From positions 21,452,001-21,516,000 of the forward strand of contig JBHGNT010000009.1 of NCBI GenBank assembly GCA_043228905.1: a stretch of DNA of 64,000 bases. The letters are read 5' to 3'. The DNA comes from Azolla caroliniana (lineage: Eukaryota > Plantae > Polypodiophyta). Shown here one piece after another: positions 26,667 through 35,946 of this stretch. The translations under genes were made by a program, and so were the position numbers. The notes beneath the pieces were generated by a model that saw only the letters and a program-made list of their open reading frames with translations, had not been told where the DNA came from and made no database searches. Positions within the stretch are counted from its first letter, which is position 1. The number at the start of each line of letters is the position of its first letter.

Positions 26667-28128
26667 GTACTCTCCTGGAATTTTCTTCACCGACGCCGGC
26701 GAACCGACGTCCTACGAAGAAGCATCAGCAGCTGCCGATTCAGCCACCTGGCATTTGGCAATGGAGTCAGAAATGCACTCCATCCGCGCCAACAAGACTT
26801 GGGATCTGGTCGACTTACTGAAGAATCGACGTGCTCTTCCTTGCAAGTGGGTCTATAAACTAAAGGAGACATCCGACTCGACCACCCCAAAGTACAAGGC
26901 CAGATTAGTTGCGAAGGGATTTCGACAGGAATATGGCGTCGACTTCGACGAAATCTTTTCGCCAGTGGTGAAAATGACAACCCTTCGTTTCATGCTCGGT
27001 GTTGTGGCCGCCGACAATTTGGAGCTGATTCAGCTAGATGTGAAAACGACATTCCTCCACGGTGATCTAAAGGAGGAAATCTACATGGAGCAGCCGAAAG
27101 GCTTTGTGGCCACCGGTCAGGAACATCTAGTCTGCCGACTCAGGAAGAGTCTTTACGGCCTGAAACAGGCACCCCGACAGTGGTACAAGAAGTTCGACGA
27201 TTTCATCCAGTCGGTCGGCTTCTCCAAGAGCGATGAGGACCACTGCCTCTTCACCAAAACAGCTCAAGACGGTTCTTCTGTCTTCCTCATCATCTACGTG
27301 GACGGCATGCTACTCTCCGGTCGGCATATCGGAGAGCTCATCGAACTCGTTCGGAAACTGCGATTGAAGTTTGCCATGAAGGACCTCGGTCCGGCAAGAC
27401 ACATACTCAGAATGAAGATTAGTCGGAATCGTGCCAAAAGACAGCTTTTTCTGTCTCAAACTGACTACATGGGACGTGTCTTGGAACGCTTCAACATGCA
27501 ATCGGCCAAGTCTGCTTCGACCCCGCTCCCCATTCATCTTTGGCTTTCTCAGCGAGACTGCCCGACATCCGGTCCGGAGGTGGAAGACATGAAGTCGGTA
27601 CCGTATGCACCGGCAGTAGGCTCTCTGATGTACGCGATGGTCGCGACACGGCCTGATATTTCTCACGCCGTAGGAGTCATCAGCAGATTTATGCACAATC
27701 CCGGCCGATCTCACTGGAACGCAGTCAAGCATGTGTTCAGATATTTAGCTGGCACAAAAGACCACGACATCCTTTTCGGTCCGAACTCAACTTCAGGCGT
27801 AGCCGGTTACACCGACTCGGACTTCGCCGGTGTCATGATATGGCAAGACTCGAACCCATGACCTTAGGTTATATGGGTCGAGCTCTTGACCATTAGACCA
27901 TCTATTGTAATACGTAGGATATTATTTTCATTTACATTTTATTATAGGAAATTAGTGTATATTCCAGATTTCTCTGGAACATTCTAGAAGCTTCAGGATT
28001 ACTCCTGAAAACACTATAAAAGAGGGCACTAGGCATTATGTTGAACCAAATTGGTTCAACGCCAGTCTTAAGCCTTTTAGCCACCGTTGTATATTCTCTT
28101 CATATAATAAATATCTTTCTTATCATCA

Positions 28129-28160
<32 letters not shown>

Positions 28161-28337
28161 GTCTCGCTCACTTCTTCCTTCTCTCGAAGAAGTTCCACAC
28201 CTCTCATAGTACTAATCCTTCGTTTAGTACTAATTCCTTCTCTGTCTCAGTACTGTTCATGACAGTTTGAACCAATTTGCCTACCTTCTGTCTCTCTCAT
28301 TTCCTACTATTCTGTTATTCCTCTTTTCTTTCATCCC

Positions 28338-29489
28338 ATGGCCACTGTTAGCGCTGAAGAATATCAATCTGTTTTCTCGGAATTCCAATGCTTGAAGGAG
28401 AAGTTCCATGCTTTGGAACAAGAAAACCAACGGTTGCTGGGGGATCTTCAGCAAATCTCCTTAGAAAAGCAGCAAACGCAACAACAACATGGGGAACTTG
28501 CGTTACGCGTGCAACAACTCAAAGCCACCATCGTAGCGATGCAACAACATGGGCCCGGAACACAAGGGATTCATAAAGAACCTAAGATTGGCCTTCCCAC
28601 AAAGTTCGATGGAACGCGATCGCAGTTTAGAGGATTCCTTAACCAGGTACGATTAGTTATTCAAATGCATCCTTCCCGATATCCCACCGATGCATCACGA
28701 GTGGGTTTAGTAGGCACTTTGTTAAGTGGCTCGGCGTTGTCATGGTTCACTCCACTATTAGAAAAGGAATCTCCGTTACTCAACAATTTTGAAGAGTTTC
28801 TAGGTGAGTTTAAAGCATGTTTCGGAGATACTGACAGCATCAGGACCGCAATCAACAAAATCCGGCGATTACGCCAAGGTGACCGTCCAGCCTCCGCATA
28901 CGCTGCAGATTTTCGCCTACTCGCCGCCGATATCCCTTGGGATGATCAAGCGTTGATGGAGCAATTCCGTTATGGTTTACGCAACGACGTCAAGGATTTA
29001 CTTTTGACCTTCCCCGAAGAGCCAAAGTCCTTAACAGAAGCAATCAGTCGCGCGGTGAGATGTGACAACCGCCTCTTTGAGCGACGTTCGGAACGACAGC
29101 TACAGATGCCGAGGGCAAGATCAGAGCCCACCTACGCCTCAGTGGTAGCAAGACCTTTTCCGAGGGAGTCATATAATGCGTCTCCAGCGAATACTCCGAC
29201 TCCGATGGAGATTGACACTACACGTCGTCGAGGGCCATTATCCGAAGAAGAAAAGCAGCGACGCCGTACAAATCGACTATGTCTTTACTGCGGTGGACCA
29301 AGACATATCGCAATAAATTGCCCCCATAGGCCAAGAAGACAGGTAAACCAAATAGTCGCTAGTTCTAATTGTACTAAATCCGAACCTATTTCAGTAGGGA
29401 TATCTGATAGTCCTAATAGTACTAATATCCCAGATCTAGCAAACAAATTTGATGTCCTTAGTCAGTTAGAAGAAGAGTTAAACGACTAA
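28338..29489 (+). CDS. gag: Chromovirus Gag (coiled coil, capsid, CCHC knuckle)
   Basis: PTKFDGTRSQFRGF, LRQGDRPASAYAADF, PTPMEID, CLYCGGPRHIAINC (PEG10/sushi-like motifs). Confidence 0.93.
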   Translation: MATVSAEEYQSVFSEFQCLKEKFHALEQENQRLLGDLQQISLEKQQTQQQHGELALRVQQLKATIVAMQQHGPGTQGIHKEPKIGLPTKFDGTRSQFRGFLNQVRLVIQMHPSRYPTDASRVGLVGTLLSGSALSWFTPLLEKESPLLNNFEEFLGEFKACFGDTDSIRTAINKIRRLRQGDRPASAYAADFRLLAADIPWDDQALMEQFRYGLRNDVKDLLLTFPEEPKSLTEAISRAVRCDNRLFERRSERQLQMPRARSEPTYASVVARPFPRESYNASPANTPTPMEIDTTRRRGPLSEEEKQRRRTNRLCLYCGGPRHIAINCPHRPRRQVNQIVASSNCTKSEPISVGISDSPNSTNIPDLANKFDVLSQLEEELND

Positions 29490-29521
29490 GTCCAGCCAAA
29501 ATAGGAGCCGTTTGGTTGGAC
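29477..29521 (+). promoter_or_regulatory. Putative -1 ribosomal frameshift signal (G_TTA_AAC plus 11-bp stem-loop)
   Basis: pol is in the -1 frame, open from 29462; heptamer 29477-29483; 6-nt spacer; gtccagccaaa (29490-29500) pairs with tttggttggac (29511-29521). Confidence 0.7.
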
Positions 29522-32500
29522 AGCCCTAGATCTGTGCAGCCCATTAGTGGTTCCATTCCCTCTAAGCAAGTTAGTGATGTGTTCGTAGCCCAAGTAATAG
29601 TTAGTACTAAAAGTACCCCTCCAGTACATGTCCTAGCACTCCTAGATTCCGGAGCTAACTCTTGCTTTATGGATAAGAAATTTGCTCAAGCTCATAAGAT
29701 ATCCCTAAGAAAACTCCAGTGTCCAGCCTCTGTAGTAGTCATTGATGGACGTCCCATTGCTTCCGGAAATATCCTAGAAGAGTCAGAGCCCATTAATATT
29801 GTCCTAGATAACTTAGTATGTGTAGTATCATTTAATATTATTAGTATCCCAGAACATCCTATAGTTTTAGGACTACCGTGGTTCGAGTTACATAACCCTG
29901 ACATAGATTGGAGAACAAGAGAAATCCGGTGTCGACAAACCCAAGGGTCAACTCAGAAGATGGCAACCATTTCGCTACGTCAGTTGCGTAAAGAAGGGCA
30001 CAAGGAGGAAATGTTCCTCTTTGCAATATCAGTAAACCCCTCCAGCACCACTAAAGAAGAATCCACCGTTCAACTTCCCGAGAAGTATCGTCATTACACC
30101 GATGTGTTCGATAAAGTACAAGCCAACACACTTCCTCATCATCGACCGTACGATTGCCCCATCGATTTACAACCGGGAAAAGAGCCGCCATGGGGACCGA
30201 TCTACAATTTGTCACCAACCGAGCTGGAAGTCCTTCGGGCCTATATAGAGGAGAATTTGGAAAATGGTTTCATTCGGCATTCGAAATCTCCAGCCGGTGC
30301 GCCCATTTTCTTCGTCAAGAAAAAAGATGGATCGCTTCGTCTCGTTGTAGATTACCGTGGCTTGAATAAGGTTACAATCAGGAATAGGTATGCTCTTCCC
30401 CTTATCTCAAGTCTTTTAGAACGGATCAATGGTGCCAGGTTCTTCACGAAGATCGACTTACGGGGAGCATATAACCTCGTACGGATCCGACCAGGAGACG
30501 AATGGAAGACCGTGTTTCGCACCAGATATGGGCACTTCGAGTATACTGTCATGCCGTTCGGCCTCACTAATGCGCCGGCAGTCTTCCAGCACATGGCTAA
30601 TGATATATTCCGAGATCTATTGGATGATTGTTTGATCATCTATTTGGATGATCTACTGGTTTATTCAAAGACCCAAGAAGAACATGATTCTCATGTACTA
30701 TTAGTACTAAAACGACTTCGAGAACATGGTCTGTATGCAAAGCTAGAAAAATGTAGTTTCGGGTGCAACCAAGTGGAATTTCTCGGCTACATCATTTCGT
30801 CAGAAGGCATCTCCATGGACCCAGCTAAGGTCAGAACGGTGGTAGAATGGCAGACTCCGCGTTCGGTACGGGATGTGCAATGCTTCTTAGGCTTTGCCAA
30901 TTTTTACCGGAAGTTCATACAGGATTACTCAAAGATCGTTCTACCTCTCACACAACTTACCAGGAAGGGACAACCGTTCACCTGGTCTGAAGAAACGGAC
31001 ATGGCTTTCGAGAGTCTTAAAAAAGCATTTACATCGGCTCCAATTCTAGCTCATGTCGATCCGGAGAAACCATTCATTATCGAAGCTGACGCATCGGATT
31101 TTGCATTGGGGAGCATTCTGTCACAACAGGGGAATGATGAAAAGCTACATCCTGTGGCTTTTCACTCACGCAAGTTTGATGCCGCCGAAATCAACTACGA
31201 AATCCATGATAAGGAGCTATTGGCAATAGTGGATTCTTTTATGCAATGGAGGCATTTTCTGGAGGGATCCTCTCATCCAGTCACCGTATTTAGTGACCAC
31301 AAGAATCTTGCCTACTTTCAGGATGCTCGTGTGTTGAATCGACGTCAAGCTCGGTGGGCCCACTTCCTCACGCGTTTCGACTTCAAAATTACATATCGTC
31401 CGGGGAGGCACCAAGGGAAGGCAGATGCATTATCACGACGTTCGTATCTAGCACCCCGTCCTGGCGAGCCAGCTTTCGATAACCAAAAACAAGTCATCTT
31501 GGGACCGGCACGATTACAAGCAACACAAATCTTTGACATGCCTATGGATTCCCGCGTTATCGATACCATACGTGAAGACTTGAAGACAGATGCGTTCGCC
31601 CAAGCTATACTAGCACAAATTGATCCCTCTCGAGCGTCGTGTTCACAGTCGCAACCACTAGGTACGGACTATCAGCAATTCAAATACCATGATGGATTAC
31701 TCTTCTTTAAAGAACTTTTGTATGTTCCTAATGGTTCTTGCCGCCTTCGAGTAGTACAAAACTGTCATGACACATATACAGCTGGGCATTTTGGTAGTAC
31801 TAAAACATTACATTTAGTACAACGATCATTCTGGTGGCCCTGTATGCGACAATTTGTCGAGGATTTTGTTCGGACTTGTGATACATGTTGCAGAGCGAAA
31901 ATGCCAAGGCATCATCCATATGGTTTATTAGAACCATTATCAATTCCAAGCAAGCCGTGGCAATCCATTGCTCTAGACTTCATCACAGATCTTCCAGTCT
32001 CTAAGGGGTTCAATGCGATTCTAACGGTGGTCGATCGATATACGAAGATGGCTCATTTCTTGCCATGTACTAAGGAGATCTCCAGTGAAGACACTGCCGA
32101 AATTGTCATGCGTGAAGTATGTCGGCATCATGGACTCCCCGATAGTATCATCAGCGACCGTGGACCCCAGTTCGTGTCAAAATTCTGGAAGCACCTTTTT
32201 AACATGCTCAAGGTCACTTGTAACCTCTCTTCCGGCTACCACCCACAAACTGACGGTCAAGCTGAACGAACAAATCAAACGTTGGAACAGTATCTGCGGT
32301 GCTTTCTCAGCTATCATCAGGACGACTGGACAGATATTCTCCACTTCGCCGAATTTGCCTATAACAACTCTATCCACGCATCCACTAAAGTTACGCCATT
32401 TTATGCTTATACGGGATGTCACCCCCGGTGGAGTGTACTTGAAACCCCAGAGGTGTCCACAAATCCGTGCGCGGAGGATCGTTTGGAGCGGTTACGCAAG

Positions 32501-33073
32501 ATACAAGCGGATTTATCTACTCATCTCCAACAAGCTCAACAAACACACAAGGTCTACGCGGATCGTCATCGACTTCCATCTAGTTTTAATATTGGAGATC
32601 GGGTGTGGTTGCTACGACGACACATCAAGACTACTCGTCCATGTGAGAAGTTGGATTATCGGCGATTAGGTCCTTTCCGTATTATTGGAAAGATTAATGA
32701 TGTTGCTTTTCGTCTCGATCTACCTCCTCAACTTCGGATACATCCGGTGTTTCATAGTTCTCTCTTCGAACCCTACCACGAGAGCACCATCCCAGAACGT
32801 CTTATTCAACCTCCACCCCCGATCGAGCTTGAAGATGGGCCGGAGTACGAGGTTGCCGCCATTCTTGATTCCAAGATTGTTCGCAACAAGCTCTACTATC
32901 TAGTCGATTGGCTAGGCTATAGTCCCAGCGAACGTACTTGGGAACCGATCGAGAATGTAACCAATGCTCGTGCTCTTCTTGAAGACTTCCATCGTCAATA
33001 TCCACACAAACCGGGTCCTCAATCCAAGACGACTCGTGACACTCGTCGTTTTAAAGGGGGGATAGTGTCATGA
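29516..33073 (+). CDS. pol: Chromovirus Pol (protease, RT, RNase H, integrase, chromodomain)
   Basis: LLDSGA, YLDD, EADASD, HHCC/DDE, GPF motif, YEVAAILDSK...YLVDWLGY..TWEP; 1185 aa uninterrupted, stop inside the 3' LTR. Confidence 0.95.
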   Translation: MDSPRSVQPISGSIPSKQVSDVFVAQVIVSTKSTPPVHVLALLDSGANSCFMDKKFAQAHKISLRKLQCPASVVVIDGRPIASGNILEESEPINIVLDNLVCVVSFNIISIPEHPIVLGLPWFELHNPDIDWRTREIRCRQTQGSTQKMATISLRQLRKEGHKEEMFLFAISVNPSSTTKEESTVQLPEKYRHYTDVFDKVQANTLPHHRPYDCPIDLQPGKEPPWGPIYNLSPTELEVLRAYIEENLENGFIRHSKSPAGAPIFFVKKKDGSLRLVVDYRGLNKVTIRNRYALPLISSLLERINGARFFTKIDLRGAYNLVRIRPGDEWKTVFRTRYGHFEYTVMPFGLTNAPAVFQHMANDIFRDLLDDCLIIYLDDLLVYSKTQEEHDSHVLLVLKRLREHGLYAKLEKCSFGCNQVEFLGYIISSEGISMDPAKVRTVVEWQTPRSVRDVQCFLGFANFYRKFIQDYSKIVLPLTQLTRKGQPFTWSEETDMAFESLKKAFTSAPILAHVDPEKPFIIEADASDFALGSILSQQGNDEKLHPVAFHSRKFDAAEINYEIHDKELLAIVDSFMQWRHFLEGSSHPVTVFSDHKNLAYFQDARVLNRRQARWAHFLTRFDFKITYRPGRHQGKADALSRRSYLAPRPGEPAFDNQKQVILGPARLQATQIFDMPMDSRVIDTIREDLKTDAFAQAILAQIDPSRASCSQSQPLGTDYQQFKYHDGLLFFKELLYVPNGSCRLRVVQNCHDTYTAGHFGSTKTLHLVQRSFWWPCMRQFVEDFVRTCDTCCRAKMPRHHPYGLLEPLSIPSKPWQSIALDFITDLPVSKGFNAILTVVDRYTKMAHFLPCTKEISSEDTAEIVMREVCRHHGLPDSIISDRGPQFVSKFWKHLFNMLKVTCNLSSGYHPQTDGQAERTNQTLEQYLRCFLSYHQDDWTDILHFAEFAYNNSIHASTKVTPFYAYTGCHPRWSVLETPEVSTNPCAEDRLERLRKIQADLSTHLQQAQQTHKVYADRHRLPSSFNIGDRVWLLRRHIKTTRPCEKLDYRRLGPFRIIGKINDVAFRLDLPPQLRIHPVFHSSLFEPYHESTIPERLIQPPPPIELEDGPEYEVAAILDSKIVRNKLYYLVDWLGYSPSERTWEPIENVTNARALLEDFHRQYPHKPGPQSKTTRDTRRFKGGIVS

Positions 33074-33363
33074 TATGGCAAGACTCGAACCCATGACCTT
33101 AGGTTATATGGGTCGAGCTCTTGACCATTAGACCATCTATTGTAATACGTAGGATATTATTTTCATTTACATTTTATTATAGGAAATTAGTGTATATTCC
33201 AGATTTCTCTGGAACATTCTAGAAGCTTCAGGATTACTCCTGAAAACACTATAAAAGAGGGCACTAGGCATTATGTTGAACCAAATTGGTTCAACGCCAG
33301 TCTTAAGCCTTTTAGCCACCGTTGTATATTCTCTTCATATAATAAATATCTTTCTTATCATCA

Positions 33364-33395
<32 letters not shown>

Positions 33396-34730
33396 GTCTC
33401 GCTCACTTCTTCCTTCTCTCGAAGAAGTTCCACACCTCTCATAGTACTAATCCTTCGTTTAGTACTAATTCCTTCTCTGTCTCAGTACTGTTCATGACAG
33501 CCGGCTGTGTGGACATTCACAAATCAACAACCGGATATTGCTTTAAATTCGGCAATGGAGCAATCTCATGGAAGTCGAAACTTCAGGAGTGCACAGCCAC
33601 CTCAACGACCGAAGCAGAATATGTAGTTGCCTCCGATGCAGTGAAAGAAGCTTTATGGCTCGGTCGGCTGGCGCACACATTTCGGCAAGTTAACTCCGAC
33701 TCGGCTCCAGTTGTCTACAGCGACAGTTAGAGTGCTGTTGCTTTGTCGAAAAATCCGGTTCATCACAACGCCTCCAAGCATATCGAAGTTCGATATCACT
33801 TCGTTCGGGACTGCGTCATTTCCGGGAAAATCGGTTTAGAGAAGATATCCACAACCGATAATGTCGCAGATGGAATGACCAAGTGTCTTTCGGCAGACCG
33901 GTTCCGGTCTCTTCGGTAACAGATGGGCGTAACAACATATCGGTCCGGTTGAAGCCGGACATAGTGCAGGATGGTTTCGGACAACAGACATCGGTTCACT
34001 GACGATCAGCCTTAGCTTTTCCGACTTGACCAGTTCGGTCTTCTGTCTACGGATCATGCCGATTCGAACAAAACTGACCTGTCCGAGAACCTATGCCTAT
34101 ACTTGTATTTTTTAGATAACCCATGTATACGCCCATTACGGGGGAGTGTCGAATACAAATGTATAATGGACGTATTCATACTATCCTCTTAGAGAGCCCA
34201 AGTTCGGGCTATTTCTGTAAATAACATAAAGGGCAGTTGCCCTAAGTGAGTCACTATATAAAGTGACTCTGTAACCTTTTGTAAAGGTTGGTTGTTCATT
34301 GTTGTAACGGTTGCCCCTTTATGAATATAGATATATTCTTTGTGCCTCTCTCTCTCTCTCTCTGTACGTAATTTGTTCTTGCCTCTCTCATACACAGGTA
34401 TTTCTTCCTCACAGATTCATACTATGTGATCTCTTCCGCACTGACGGCCTTGTTCATTCCCTACACCCCCCTTTGTGTAGTCTCTCTCTCTCTTTCCCCT
34501 TGTCTGTTGTCACCCTCCCTCCCTCTCTTTCTCTCTCTCTCCCTTCGCTCTAAAGTTTCTAACCGGCTTAGCCAGCTTGAGCCGGTTTGGCGAAGCTCAA
34601 GCCAAGCAGAGCCGAGCTCAAACCGTTAAGGCAAGTTCAAGCCTAAATTAGGTCGAGCTGAGCCGCTAAGCCGCTTTAAGCTGGCTAAGCCAAACAGTTT
34701 AGGCTTGAGCCGAGCCGTTGCTGATCCCTA

Positions 34731-35340
34731 GTTACGCCCATAGAGTGCTTGAAAAGGGTTTCGTGTCGATGCATGTACGGATGTATTGTAGGCATGGGTG
34801 ACGAAAGGCAAGAATTGATCCCAAGTTTTGTTGCATGGATTGATGTAAGCGGCAATCTCCTTCTTGAGGGTCTTGTTGAGTCGTCCGGTGAGGTAAATTG
34901 TCTGAGCATGGATGGTATGGGGACTTAAACACTTGTTGGACACCTAGTTGAGTTGTAACGACGTTGAGGACATCCTCGTGGAACTGGCATCCTTGATCAG
35001 ATAATAGTTGGACGGGGCTAGTGACAGAAAACAAGCTAGCAATTGGCGGATAGAGATTAATCACACCTATGGACTGAGGGTCACCTGGACTTGGCTGAGG
35101 TGGGGCACAAGAGGGCTATCGTGTCAGAGCGGGATCGGGGAAAGATCAATTGGCGGAGAAAGATCAATCGCTCCTGTGGACTGAGGGCCACCTGGACTTG
35201 GTTGAGGTGGGGGGTAGGAGGGTTATAGGCGAATAGAGATCAATCGCTCCTGTGGACTGACAACCACTTGGACTTGGCTGAGGTGGGGACAGGAGGGCTA
35301 TCGTGTAGGCGGGGGGATCAGAGAAACTCTTGGGACAAGA
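34731..35340 (-). mobile_element. Old gypsy integrase fragment plus three ~70-100 bp degenerate tandem repeats
   Basis: LLSDQGCQF...SPYHP...LNKTLK...WDQFLP..THAYNTS; repeat atcaatcgctcctgtggactga...ggacttgg..gaggtgggg. Confidence 0.65.
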
Positions 35341-35946
35341 AGTTAGTGGGTAACCTAAGGTGAGGGAGAAGAGGTGGATGTTTGGACGTGGGGGATTGGT
35401 ACCCCACTTCTCCACCAATATGTGAAATGCACATAAGAAATCAAAACCAACCTAGTTAGCTTCTTACTTCATACTCAATTTATAGTTGATACAAAGGTAC
35501 CCATTTGGGTTAGCTTAGCTAAAAAAGGTGTGCTAAAAGGGTGAGTCGGCTTAGGTACACGCATCCTAAAAAGGGTGTGCTAAAAAGGTGGCACAAAGGA
35601 ACACATGTACACCACAATATTATTTAATGTAAGTCTCTTTTTTAATGTGAAGTTAAATATCCCCTTTTTAATGTGGAAGTCTCTTTTGTTATATGATATA
35701 TCTAAAAAACTAAAAAATATGATCTTTTTTTTAAAAACGAATATTGTTTCATGGATTCTTATGCGTATTCGTGCATTCGTTTAGTAACCCCAACGAATAC
35801 GAATATGTCAATATATGATACATACTACATATACGATACGTACGTACATAGACTTGAACATTATGTGTGAATTTTGTATCCCATGCCCAAGTAAGGGAGC
35901 TCATCATTCTATCTTCTCCTTCTTCTTCTTCTTCACCAAGCTTTCC

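Larger units (their letters stand above)
27831..33499 (+). mobile_element. Ty3/gypsy chromovirus D (Tcn1/Tf1-sushi-like), apparently intact
   Basis: 434-bp LTRs 27831-28264 and 33066-33499 look identical; TSD GCCGG; PPT aaaggggggatag 33053-33065; open gag and pol with chromodomain. Confidence 0.96.
10275..34465 (+). mobile_element. Ty1/copia element A (full length, inactivated, host of four insertions)
   Basis: 5' LTR 10275-12014 (split by LINE); PBS TGGTATCAGAGC 12017-12028; gag-pol pieces 18687-21149, 26667-27830, 33500-33950; PPT ggggag; 3' LTR 34147-34465; TSD CCCCC. Confidence 0.93.
9809..34730. mobile_element. hAT-type MITE split by ~24 kb of nested retroelements (own sequence 9809-10274 plus 34466-34730)
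   Basis: TIRs tagggattggcaacg / cgttgctgatcccta; TSD gttacacc (9801-9808) / gttacgcc (34731-34738); aaccgg subterminal repeats; CT-rich core. Confidence 0.85.

Noticed and set aside
35815-35946. Upstream start of ORF 35815-36294
   Set aside because: Transit-peptide-like sequence starts at ATG 35947, and the ORF tail after 36229 is intron read-through
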